A stretch of 64,000 nt of DNA, from assembly GCA_965112735.1 (NCBI GenBank), contig OZ218952.1:62001-126000 (forward strand), given 5' to 3'. This DNA comes from Phaeosaccion multiseriatum. Taxonomy: Eukaryota > Protista > Ochrophyta, other classes. Positions within the stretch are counted from its first letter, which is position 1. Each line of letters opens with the position of its first letter. This document shows, piece after piece, positions 44,401 through 52,856 of the stretch. The position numbers and the translations under genes are program-made. The notes under the pieces are model-generated. The model ran no database searches. It was not told where the DNA came from and saw nothing but the letters and a program-made list of their open reading frames with translations.

Positions 44401-46827
44401 AGGCGTGGACGCCCGAGTGTGCAGCGGCGTTTGCAGCGACGAAGGAGCTCTTGTGCTCTGCGGTCACGCTCACGACTCTGAAGGAGGGCTACGCCGTGTG
44501 CCTGTACACAGATGCATCGCATTTTGGGTGGGGCACCATGATCACGACTTTCCCTAAGGAGCTGTACTCCCCCGGCAAGTCTTTGGAGGACATCCCTCAT
44601 GAGCCACTGGCCTTTGGCAGTGGCCTTTTCAGCGGCAGTCAGCTCAACTGGCCTACATTGGACAAGGAAGGGTATCCAGTGGTACAAGCATTTCTGCGGT
44701 ATGATTACCTCCTCTGGGGCCCTGACGTTATTGTCAATACGGACCACGCCAACGTGTGCTACATTTTTGATCCGAAGCAGCATGTTACGGCCCTCAGCAC
44801 GGCTACTGCACAGCGCCTTCAAGGCTGGGCAGTCATCCTCGGCCAATTTCGGTTTCTTTTGCAGCACCTCCCGGGCGAGAAGAATGTGTGGGGAGACATG
44901 ATCTCCCGCTTTCTCGCATTGCCTCCAGTGGCAACGCGGCAGCGGCACACTCTCTCCCTCCCTCCCCCCCCTCCCCCTGCGTGTCCCACTCTCGTGTCCC
45001 TTGATGCTCTCAGGTTCAGCCAACAGGAGCATGCCCCACTCTCTCAAAAGGGGGAAGGGGTAGATGGGACTGACAAGATTGTGGAGCCCGTTTCAGATAT
45101 TGCTCTCGTGTGGCATGCAGATATGGAGCTCTACAAGACAGCAGCGGGAGAGGTGTGGGTTCCGGCAGCGGACAAGCAGCTTCAGCTACGGTTGTGTACA
45201 GAGGCGCACGCAGGAGGAGCATGCCATAGGCTCAAGACAGCAACCATGGAGCAGCTGCGTTTGATACATTGGCACGGCAAGGCAGATGACGTCAGCGCTT
45301 TCATCAAGCACTGCCTTCACTGCGTGGACTCTAGGGCAGGTGACAAGATACCCCGCCCCCTTGGTGAGACCCTCCACGGCAGCAAGCCTGGAGAGGTGCA
45401 TCACATGGACTGGCTCAGCATTGGAGAGTCGGACTCTGAGTTTGACAAGGGTATGAACAAATACCTCTTTGTGCAGATGGACGACCTCAGCGGCCTTTGC
45501 CTACTCACGGCTCACCCAAGTGTGCACGCTAATCTGGCAGCACGGGATCTTCTTCTGTTTGCCTCTCAGCATGGCATGCCGAGTATATGGGTGAGTGATC
45601 AGCCTACTCACTTCAAGAATCAGCTCTTGCGGGAGATGGAGGACATTTATAAGGTGAATCATCACTTTTCAGTCGCTAACGTAGCGCACAGCAACGGCAC
45701 GGTGGAGCAGCTAATGCGGCAGATCATTGTGGCTTTTCGAGCAGTTCTCTCTGAGCACAAGCTCCCGCCGACGGAGTGGGAGTCAGTCTTGCCCTTAGTC
45801 ATGTATGGTCTCAACTCAGCAGTGCGCAAGCGGACTGGCTTGTCTCCATTGGAGATCATCACAGGGCGGAAACCAGAGGCATTGCTTTCAGCGGAGCTTA
45901 TCAAGCTTGGAGAGCAGTGGCACGTCGAGCCCATCAGCACGGAGAAGCTTCAAGCCATCTTGGCTGATACGCGGCAAGCTTTGGACCAGATGCACAAGAC
46001 GGTGGCAGGCTCTCGTCAGACGCAGAGAGCTGCGGGGCGTAAGTCAGCCTCCAAGGGCAAGTTGCCCAACTTCATGGTCGGAGAGTTTGTTCTGGCAGCT
46101 CGTGTACGCAAGAAAGGACGCATGCACAAGCTCACGGCCACCTGGCGCGGGCCCTACAGAGTGCTTGATGCCTCTCATGCCCACGTCTACCTCATTCAGC
46201 ACCTCCTCAGCGGCGAGCGGCTTACGGTACATGCCGAGCGGCTCATGTTCTACCACGACGCCACTTTGGACATCACGACGGAGCTGAAGACCCACATCGA
46301 GTCGTCGGATAACCTGGCAAGGTATCAGATTGACTCCTTCGTTTCGCTTCGCAAGGAGCAAGGCGAGTATGAGGTGTTCGTTCACTGGCTTGGCTTTGAA
46401 GCCGATGAGCGCACCTGGGAGCCTCTTCATCAGCTTATGGAAGACATGACTGTTGCTACCCTGCAGCGGTTTCTCCGACAGATGAAGCTCTCGACAGCGG
46501 TCAAGCGTGACCTGCTGCACATGCACAAGCTGCGTGTGTGAATGTTTTGTGTGAAGTTTTTTTCCTTTCAAAAGGTTTTTCTCAATTTGGCTACTCACTC
46601 GTTTTGTTCCTCCTTCTTTTCCCTTTAGCTCAACAGGATAGTTTCCTATCAAGCTTCTAAGGGGGGACTGTGGAGTAGGCCACTCTTTCATGCCAAATCG
46701 GAAACCCGAGGCCATTGTTTAATATATTTTACTCTCGTTCTATCAATAAGGTTTTGACGTCTTATCTCTCCCACCAAGGAGTGGGGAGTCCACAGACAAA
46801 GAGTGTGAGTCACAGTTAGTTAGCGCA
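41402..46827 (+). mobile_element. Full-length chromodomain Gypsy element E, TSD AGGG
   Basis: Direct repeats 41402-41560 and 46669-46827 (one mismatch seen). AGGG at 41398-41401 and 46828-46831. PPT aaggggggac. Confidence 0.97.
41649..46541 (+). CDS. Single-ORF Gag-Pol polyprotein of element E, 1630 aa, apparently intact
   Basis: CDHCGRPNHDKEHC, LIDSGSS, ADMNKGYWQ, WLDD, YTDASHFGWG, HMDW / SDQPTHF / NGTVE, and chromodomain VHWLGFEADERTWEP. Confidence 0.96.
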   Translation: MADSAPMAQSAEKLHAPHLTQVDTKSAGAWLDSRKWYEQQHKALARNLTPEQARRNPEATVQSCLKRSVRMHIIKEMFSDDERTALAADDAATNAAVEASFLAAIKQLAGRTAEASQRNPVELQDAIRKSLVMSMLDKEGNHIDVEERVQNQLLPLYDLLDKRGLEAEFINLDTYAFLPTHAVLLTESILAGLRPNEFKQHVQSAAKMKGWDQLKKNPDAFKRFVKEEAKLFRSADQLMAKQAKQKKDGKQKETKKGDQKGNGKKSDGKDGGGKQGGGKGDGSKGDGKAEGNRDGKKDKDKKPTQDPNKPGPCDHCGRPNHDKEHCWKLHPEQKPASLSQGHRRVTFEEELTEDAAADAAAEEAVKKGVAANQDAGMHQLFLRDDGMAELSLSEEGPVVKIPILIDSGSSTTSLNLPAFRQLRHHYGTKAMALEPMPSAVQMDTANGAAEMTEMTPPLTLRFSTPQGPVELTGLRLGYESSDQPAPLVIIGRQTIKEHLPDLDLSSLSSSAASVHNNLQQRRAAVVEQVPLSEDLPYMFMEVQLLTEDEILFDSIPLSFSSFDQEDHKERELDKRYSDLADVFENAKANGLPSDQQRKYHDWLWSHKDQFRSELIDDPPAEVEPMKPRWKQNFVCPKIPFRRMKPNMREWLGAFLCLLATFGLVYKNAQACAASPALVTPKASGSFRATVDYRVVNEELHPQHWPMETIIPQLQQILSKARRLAVADMNKGYWQFPVDKASQEMFTIATPDGLFTPTRVPQGLSISVEYYQSTMQTILGDLFGKCCVVWLDDVLIWGEDDDDLLNNLTLVFDRFAKAKLFCSAPKFVLYALEQTYCGVTCGENGVGQDPARLQGLVDLAAPTDGGQLMQFLASLNWYRSHLPDLARVSLPLQQLLNQTLDGLEVRSKARAAKRPITAEAWTPECAAAFAATKELLCSAVTLTTLKEGYAVCLYTDASHFGWGTMITTFPKELYSPGKSLEDIPHEPLAFGSGLFSGSQLNWPTLDKEGYPVVQAFLRYDYLLWGPDVIVNTDHANVCYIFDPKQHVTALSTATAQRLQGWAVILGQFRFLLQHLPGEKNVWGDMISRFLALPPVATRQRHTLSLPPPPPPACPTLVSLDALRFSQQEHAPLSQKGEGVDGTDKIVEPVSDIALVWHADMELYKTAAGEVWVPAADKQLQLRLCTEAHAGGACHRLKTATMEQLRLIHWHGKADDVSAFIKHCLHCVDSRAGDKIPRPLGETLHGSKPGEVHHMDWLSIGESDSEFDKGMNKYLFVQMDDLSGLCLLTAHPSVHANLAARDLLLFASQHGMPSIWVSDQPTHFKNQLLREMEDIYKVNHHFSVANVAHSNGTVEQLMRQIIVAFRAVLSEHKLPPTEWESVLPLVMYGLNSAVRKRTGLSPLEIITGRKPEALLSAELIKLGEQWHVEPISTEKLQAILADTRQALDQMHKTVAGSRQTQRAAGRKSASKGKLPNFMVGEFVLAARVRKKGRMHKLTATWRGPYRVLDASHAHVYLIQHLLSGERLTVHAERLMFYHDATLDITTELKTHIESSDNLARYQIDSFVSLRKEQGEYEVFVHWLGFEADERTWEPLHQLMEDMTVATLQRFLRQMKLSTAVKRDLLHMHKLRV

Positions 46828-47464
46828 AGGGCCAGCGAGGCGGAAGAGACAACACGAACCAAGTCTACTCCTCACTTCCAATCCCATGCAATGAAACTGA
46901 CTACTCTTTGCACTCTGGGCACTCCCACCGTCCGCCTAGTTGGCTGGCGTCTGCCCTAGGCCGCGCGGGCCTCCGGACCGCCTAGGCCGCCTAGGCGGCG
47001 GCATAAAAATAGGCCGAGGGCCTACGGCCCTCCCTAGGCCGGGCAATTTTCCCAAATAGGCCTAGGCCGCTAGGCGTGCATGGGGCCGATGGCTGCGGCG
47101 GGCATGCGCTGAGACTCCTCTTCGCTGTCCGAGCCACTGCTGCTACTGCTGCTGCCATTCTCCTCGTCGGTGCCGGAAGCTGCTGCCTCGTTGTTCGCCT
47201 CGGATGCTGCATCTGCTGCCCCCGCGACATCATCTGAGTCAGCCACGTCCTGCACCCCCTCAGCCTCCTTAGCCTTGCCCTTCCCCTTGTTCTTGGTGTT
47301 CGCCATGCTGATGCTAAACTCCGCAAAGCTGAGGATCAGAGGTGGTCCGGCTGTCGAGCTGTTCGACTCTAGATCAGAAATGCTGAGGCTGAGAGGTCTC
47401 CCGAATGTAGAGACCGAGAGCTGAGAGTTTCCTGAGTTTTGGCAATTCTCAAATAAAGCTTTAT

Positions 47465-47931
47465 TGTAGCCAACCCTGCTATCGCTAGCAAGTCGGAAAG
47501 TGAGCTAATAATCGAAGAGATGGGTGCAAGGTTGTAAAGTTTGGAGGCCTTGCCTCAGCTCCAGTAAAGAGCCGAGTCTCCTTTAGCTTTAGGGTGGATA
47601 AGCTAAGAGTGAGGGAGCGCCACAGACTACTACTCCCGGTGGTGTAGCGGTATATAAGGAGTCATTGGCTCGCTATAAACCATTCAGCGCTGGCGAAGAT
47701 TGAAGGGTGTTAGCGATTAGAATCGTTCCTCTTCTGTGCATATTTTTGTGGCGGTATATAAGGAGTCATTGGCTCGCTATAAACCATTCTGCGCTGAATG
47801 GTTTATAGCGAGCCAATGACTCCTTATATACCGCTACAGTGCCACCTCATTGTGCCACGTTACACAGTCATATGGGTTGTATGGTGACAGCGACACATAC
47901 TAAGGCAATGAATGAGGCTGTAGGGGCAACA
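47465..47931 (-). repeat. 5' LTR of element B, interrupted by a mini-element
   Basis: Homologous to 21200-21473 with multiple substitutions and small indels. Confidence 0.9.
47643..47838. mobile_element. 196-bp mini-element with TG...CA ends and a 92-bp palindromic right terminus
   Basis: Absent from the other B LTR. 47747-47838 is a near-perfect palindrome and 47643-47688 is one arm of it. TSD imperfect (gtgg/gtgc). Confidence 0.8.
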
Positions 47932-48327
47932 CGCAGCATCCCTGCCATCCCCCGCGCTGCTGGCACGGGAGGAGGAGGAGGAGGAGGCGCTTCGATGGAA
48001 ATATGCCACTCATCCTGTGGCGCGGACACACCATGCTACATGAGCGAGGACTGCCCGGGCCTCGGCTACTCTGTTGGTGGCGTGGAGGGATGCCGGTTCT
48101 GTGGCGGCTCTGGCATTTACTCCGACATCATGTGCCCCACCACGGAAGGCTCCTCGGGAGGTACGATGGTGGGCGGCGGCGGAGTCGATGCTGGTGTCTC
48201 GAGGAATTTTGGGATTTGTGCCCTGTACGGCGGCTACTTGTACGGAGTCGTCTCGGGTGTGACTGGCTTCGTCGAGGACGACAGGGACCTCCTCTTGCCC
48301 TATGACATCATTCCCGCCAAGCTTTGA
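47932..48327 (+). pseudogene. Fragment of a Cys-rich host gene (CRFCG-type motif) cut by LTR B
   Basis: CHSSCGADTPCYMSEDCPGLG...GCRFCGGSGIYSDIMCP; the frame runs into the LTR upstream. Confidence 0.4.
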
Positions 48328-48411
48328 TTCGACAAGCCTTTTCATGACCTTGCCTACATAATTATTTAGTAGAGATAGTACGAGGCAGTGGAGAAAAGAA
48401 ACCACCGTAAG

Positions 48412-49034
48412 TGTTAGAAGTGCAGGGATGGCTGACGGGGATGTTGAAAGTCAGTAATATGTCAATGGCCCAGGCCCAGGCAAATACGGTGAGAAACGGT
48501 GCGTGGCCCGTTTCTCACTCACCTCCCAGCAGGTTGGTCGTTTAGGATGGCTCACGGATATAGCTAATAGAGACAAGGCTGGCTGCCAGGCTGGCTTTGG
48601 GGTTGCTATTACCTTATCCATGCGGCTACTCCTATCCTAGGTGGAGAGCAACGTGACTCTTTACAACCCCAAAGAATCCCGAAGGCAGCTGACCTTGGCC
48701 TAGAGGCTCAGGCAGCAGCTCGGTAGCTTTGAGTTTGCCGGGAGCGGTGCCTTACATCGGGCACGGCTTTCGAGTGTGGCAGCAACACGGATGTTGCTGT
48801 TGCACGGAAATTGCAGCTGGAGCTTGGTGAGCAGAGGAGACAGAAGTAAGATATTCGCAAGCCCGCTTCAGGGACTGTCTGAGTGCCTTGCAGGCACACC
48901 AGTAAACACTTTAGCAGTCAGCACTAGTGGTGCGCAATGAGGCTTTGGCAACGCTGGTGGCGAGTAGGACTGGATACAGATATTGCGCGGATGAGAAGAT
49001 CCCATTGCGCACTAGAGCAACGTGACTCTTTACA
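48412..49034 (+). mobile_element. Second, internally deleted copy of LTR element G
   Basis: Full LTR 48412-48665, a single copy of the 113-bp unit, and only the last ~21 bp of the 3' LTR (agagcaacgtgactctttaca). Confidence 0.87.
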
Positions 49035-50530
49035 ACAGCATGAATGGCTGGGCTGAGTCGAGGACGACAAGGACCTCTTACCCTATGACGTAATTCCCGC
49101 CAAGCTTTGATTCCACGATGCCGTGCTTACATACTATTTAGTAGAGATAGATGGAAGTGGATATGGAGAGAAGAAGCCCATACCGTAAAGATAAATACAT
49201 GAATACATCGTGCTGGGTTGTCGAAGTGGACCAGGGCGCCTGCTCCCACAGCAGAGATTGGTCTTCGTCTGGCGCCCTCGCTCGTGATGCCATCGCACTG
49301 CGTCGGAGGGATCCTCCACACCACCACCACCACCACCACCCTCACCACCCCACCAGTCCTCCTTGCCAAAACTTTGGAGCACCGCTGCAGCCAGGAGAGA
49401 GGCACCCCCTTCATGCCAGCCCCTCATCCCCCATGTCACGTCCAACACCTCCGGGCCAATGTCTCTCTGGGACACTTCAGCCTCTCTTGCTTGCCAAAGA
49501 GAGGGTCGCACATCCTCATCACGTCCAACACGCTTCGGGACGTAAAGTGCTCTCTGTCCGCGGCCAGGAGGAATTAAACACAGGCTACATTGCCTTCCTC
49601 TCGAGCTCTTGTCAGAGCCTTTGCCAGTGATACCCTTCCTGAGAGCAGCTCCAGCGCCGCCACGCTGTGGCCGTTGTCCGGATGAGGCCCTGCGTAGCAA
49701 GATGTTCCATGGCCTCGCAAACCTGCGCCCCCGCCCTAAGCAGGACGGCATCAGAGACTTCCTCTCCGCGCCTCTCCAGCTCTGACAAGACGCCGTGCAG
49801 GGACCTGTGGCCGGCTCAGCCCTGCACAAGGCAAGTGGTCTACTGCTGCTGCTGGCCCGCATGAGGATTCGTCGGGACCGTGGTCTGAGCCAGCCCACGC
49901 GCCAAGTGCCTGTGGCAAGTCGAAGTCAGCCCCCGTGGCAGAGCCTCGCCACTCTGCAGCTTGAGCACCGCCACGTCCTCCCCCCTCCACTTGCCCCGGT
50001 ACACCCGCTGTAGGGCCAACGTTTGGGTCTCTCGCGCGGGCCTCAGCGGCGCAGGGGCAGTGAGCTCTACCCAGGGTAAGGTGGAGATGGATGGCGACGA
50101 GGAAGAGGATGCGCGCTCCAGTGCGGCGGCATTCCTTGCATGGATCTGGGCCTGAGCTTGGATGAGAGGTGTCGGAGTACGCTGCGCTGACTTGGGCCCT
50201 TGTGCAGCTGGTGCTCAGGGGCGAGCGGGAGCGAATTACCTCTTTACCGCCGATGTGCGAACTCTCACACGAGTGGTGGGTTGCCCTTGTGGCTGCTGCT
50301 GCTGCTCATGGCCTTTGTCAGCATGGCCAAAGCGACACGACGACCGACGGTTGCACGCCGCTCCAACCGACCGACCGGCACGGGAGGCGAGCTGCCCTCG
50401 GCTGCTACAAACTCCTCTCTCCGACGACGGACCCATGGCCGCTTGGCCAACCACACTCGGGCCACAGTCTGTTTTATTTGGGTGGGGTGGTGGGATGGGG
50501 TGAGAAATAACTCTCATTTGATGAACGACA

Positions 50531-50965
50531 GGTAGGGTAGACAGGGCACGTAGGTAGGCAGGTAGGTGGGTAGGTGGGTAGGTGGGTGGGTGGGTAGGTA
50601 GGTAGGGGGGTAGGTGGGTGGGTGGGTGGGTGGGTAGGCACGTGGGTAGGCAGGTAGGTAGGTAGGTAGGTAGGTAGGTAGGTAGGTGGATAGATACGTG
50701 GGTACGTAGGTGGGTACGTAGGCAGGGAGGTAGGTGGGTAGGTAGGTAGGTAGGTAGGTGGGTAGGTAGGTTGGTAGATAGGTGGGTAGGTAGGTTGGTA
50801 GGTAGATAGGTGGGTAGGTACGTGGGTAGGTACGTGAGTAGGTACGTGGGTAGATATGTAGGTAGGTGGACGGGTAGGTAGGTAGGGGGGTAGGTTGGTA
50901 GGTGGGTGGGTAGGTAAATAGGTAGGAGGAAGGGGGGGAAGGAAGTGGATAGGTAGGTAGGTAGG
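50531..50965. repeat. Degenerate (GGTA/GGTG)n tetranucleotide microsatellite
   Basis: Runs of ggtaggtaggtgggta over about 430 bp. Confidence 0.95.
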
Positions 50966-52856
50966 AATCCCTCCTTCGAAAATCGGAGTTTCGTAGTCAG
51001 GGAGGACGGAGGGCCAAAAGTCAAAAGTCAGTAGTCACCTGCGAAGGGCTGCCCCCATGAGTCGAATCTCCCTTGCGGCTGCTCCAGTAGAAAGGCGTCC
51101 TCCTCACTCCACTCTTCCACCGTCTTCGTGGCCCGTTCGGCTGCTCTGGTCCTGTTCGCCGCTGCTTGGTCATCCTACTGGCCAGGACCAAGCCGCTGTT
51201 GCTGGCGCTGCTGCGGTGACGTTGCTCGGTCGGTGGGGGTGGGGGTGGGGGTGGGCGTCAGCCTGGCTGCCGATGAGAGGGGCAGCTCGGACTGCGGTAG
51301 TCAGTGCTCTTGTTGGTACTGATGACGGTGGCTTTACGCTGAAGACGAGGCAGTATCGTCAACCTTCAGTAACACAGTGTCCGCGGCGGCCGACTGATTC
51401 GTCTGCCTTTCCTCTTCCACCCCTTCCTCCTGCTGCTGCTGTTGCTGCTGCTGCCCTCGGTGCTGGAAGTGCCGAATTAGCCCACTGACGATTGTACTTC
51501 GTGTAGGCAGCCCGAAGAGCTATGTATTCGTCCTTGGTCTATGCCCCGCTCCCCCTCGCCCCTCTTTCGTTCTTCAGCTCCCATCGGAGGCTATGGCGGC
51601 GTTGATGGCGGTGGCGGTGAAGTAGGGGTCCTACTGCCCCCAGCGGACTCTGGCTGCCTCTGGTGAACCACGGGTAGAACAGTCTGTTGTGCTTCGCCTT
51701 CCCCGCCATGAGCATGGCCATCGTCTCTGCCGTCACGGTGAGCATATAGTATATATAGTATCCGTGCCCCCCCCTCTTACTCTTCGGCCGCCACTGCTTC
51801 TTCATTGGGTCAACCCCCACAGCCTACCTACGCGGGCCGACACGGCCACCTCGAAACCCCAAGCTGCTTCCATCTCCCTTTGGCGAAACAGCGCCTTTCG
51901 CCCTATGGCCACCGCTGAGCCACTGAAGTGCATGGGCCGAAGAATGGGACCAAGGTTCCCGTGTGCCCCTGAATGCGTGCCGAACGCCTCCCTTGTTGCT
52001 GCCCAAATCCTCCTATGAAGGGCCGTGTGCGAGGAGGACTCGAAAGAAAGTCGCGCAGGAGCCAGTCTTGAGGAGGGGGGAAAGAAAAAAGAGAAATGCA
52101 CCTCCGTCTTTGAAGTCTTCACTTCCTCTCTTTCCCTCCTTTCACCGTCGTGCATCCCAGCCCACTGCCCCCTGGCTTCCCCGCAGGATTCCCATCAGGA
52201 CGGATTGCGGGGGGAGTGCATCTACCATCGAACAGGAAGACATATTCTTTGTTTTCTCTCCTCAAAGTGAGGATAGTGGATAGTGAGGGCCCACCAACCG
52301 GAGAGCTGAAATTGAAATTCATTCACATGCCGAAACCCCCTCCAAAGCAAGGGCGCTTCTCTCTATATTGGCTTTCACCGCTCGTCTCTGTGGCGGATCT
52401 GTGCGGTGCGGACTTCCTGGGAGGATGAGGGGTTGGCGCGCCGCCGCCGCCGCCGCTGCTGCTGCTGTTGTTGTCCCTGAAACATAGAAGGGGCCACCTC
52501 AGGTGAGGGCAACTTTTCAACTTTTGTGTCTGTTGCTTCCCGGCACTTGGGCCAGAGGCAAAGGCTGGAGTGGTGTGGGGGCATGTATGGTGAGGATATG
52601 CATGTCTGTGCTCGGAACGCAGCTTGGTGTCCCGGTAGATCTGAGGTAGCCTGCTGCCTTTGTGAAACCCAACGAAGCCCTTGTTGTGTATTAACTTTTG
52701 TAAGGAGGGAGCAAGACAGGTCAGAAATGATATATCAGCTTGTCTGGGGTCGTCTGAGTTGACCCTCTCTGTTCTGTTCTCCTGCTGCTTGTTTCCGGTC
52801 GCTGCTACTACTCTCCGATCAGCTGAGAGGTCCTCTCGCGGGGGAGGCGTTTGACA

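Larger units (their letters stand above)
41155..47089. mobile_element. Non-autonomous TIR DNA element H (~0.5 kb without E), 19-bp TIRs, 7-bp TSD TGGCTGC
   Basis: tcggccccatgcacgccta ... taggcgtgcatggggccga; TGGCTGC at 41148-41154 and 47090-47096; many subterminal ctaggccg motifs. Confidence 0.9.
21200..47931 (-). mobile_element. Chromodomain Gypsy element B (~6.2 kb once inserts are removed), host of five direct nested insertions
   Basis: Related LTRs at 21200-21473 (3', PPT cttccccc adjacent) and 47465-47931 (5', holding a mini-element). Gag-pol pieces lie in correct order on the minus strand and rejoin in frame across inserts C, D and H. No matching TSD. Confidence 0.9.

Noticed and set aside
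43668-45047. 459-aa antisense ORF within element E (and similar antisense ORFs in B, C, F and CK1)
   Set aside because: These are shadow frames of GC-rich coding sequence with no recognisable motifs.
50236-51024. 262-aa PTYL-repeat ORF, or telomeric repeat
   Set aside because: It is a translation of the GGTA microsatellite, and the unit is not a TTAGGG/TTTAGGG-type repeat.
49130-52330. Possible degraded host genes (an IQ-like LQRVYRG motif near 50000; minus-strand ORFs 51539-52155)
   Set aside because: I could not establish a coherent exon chain or a recognisable domain by eye.
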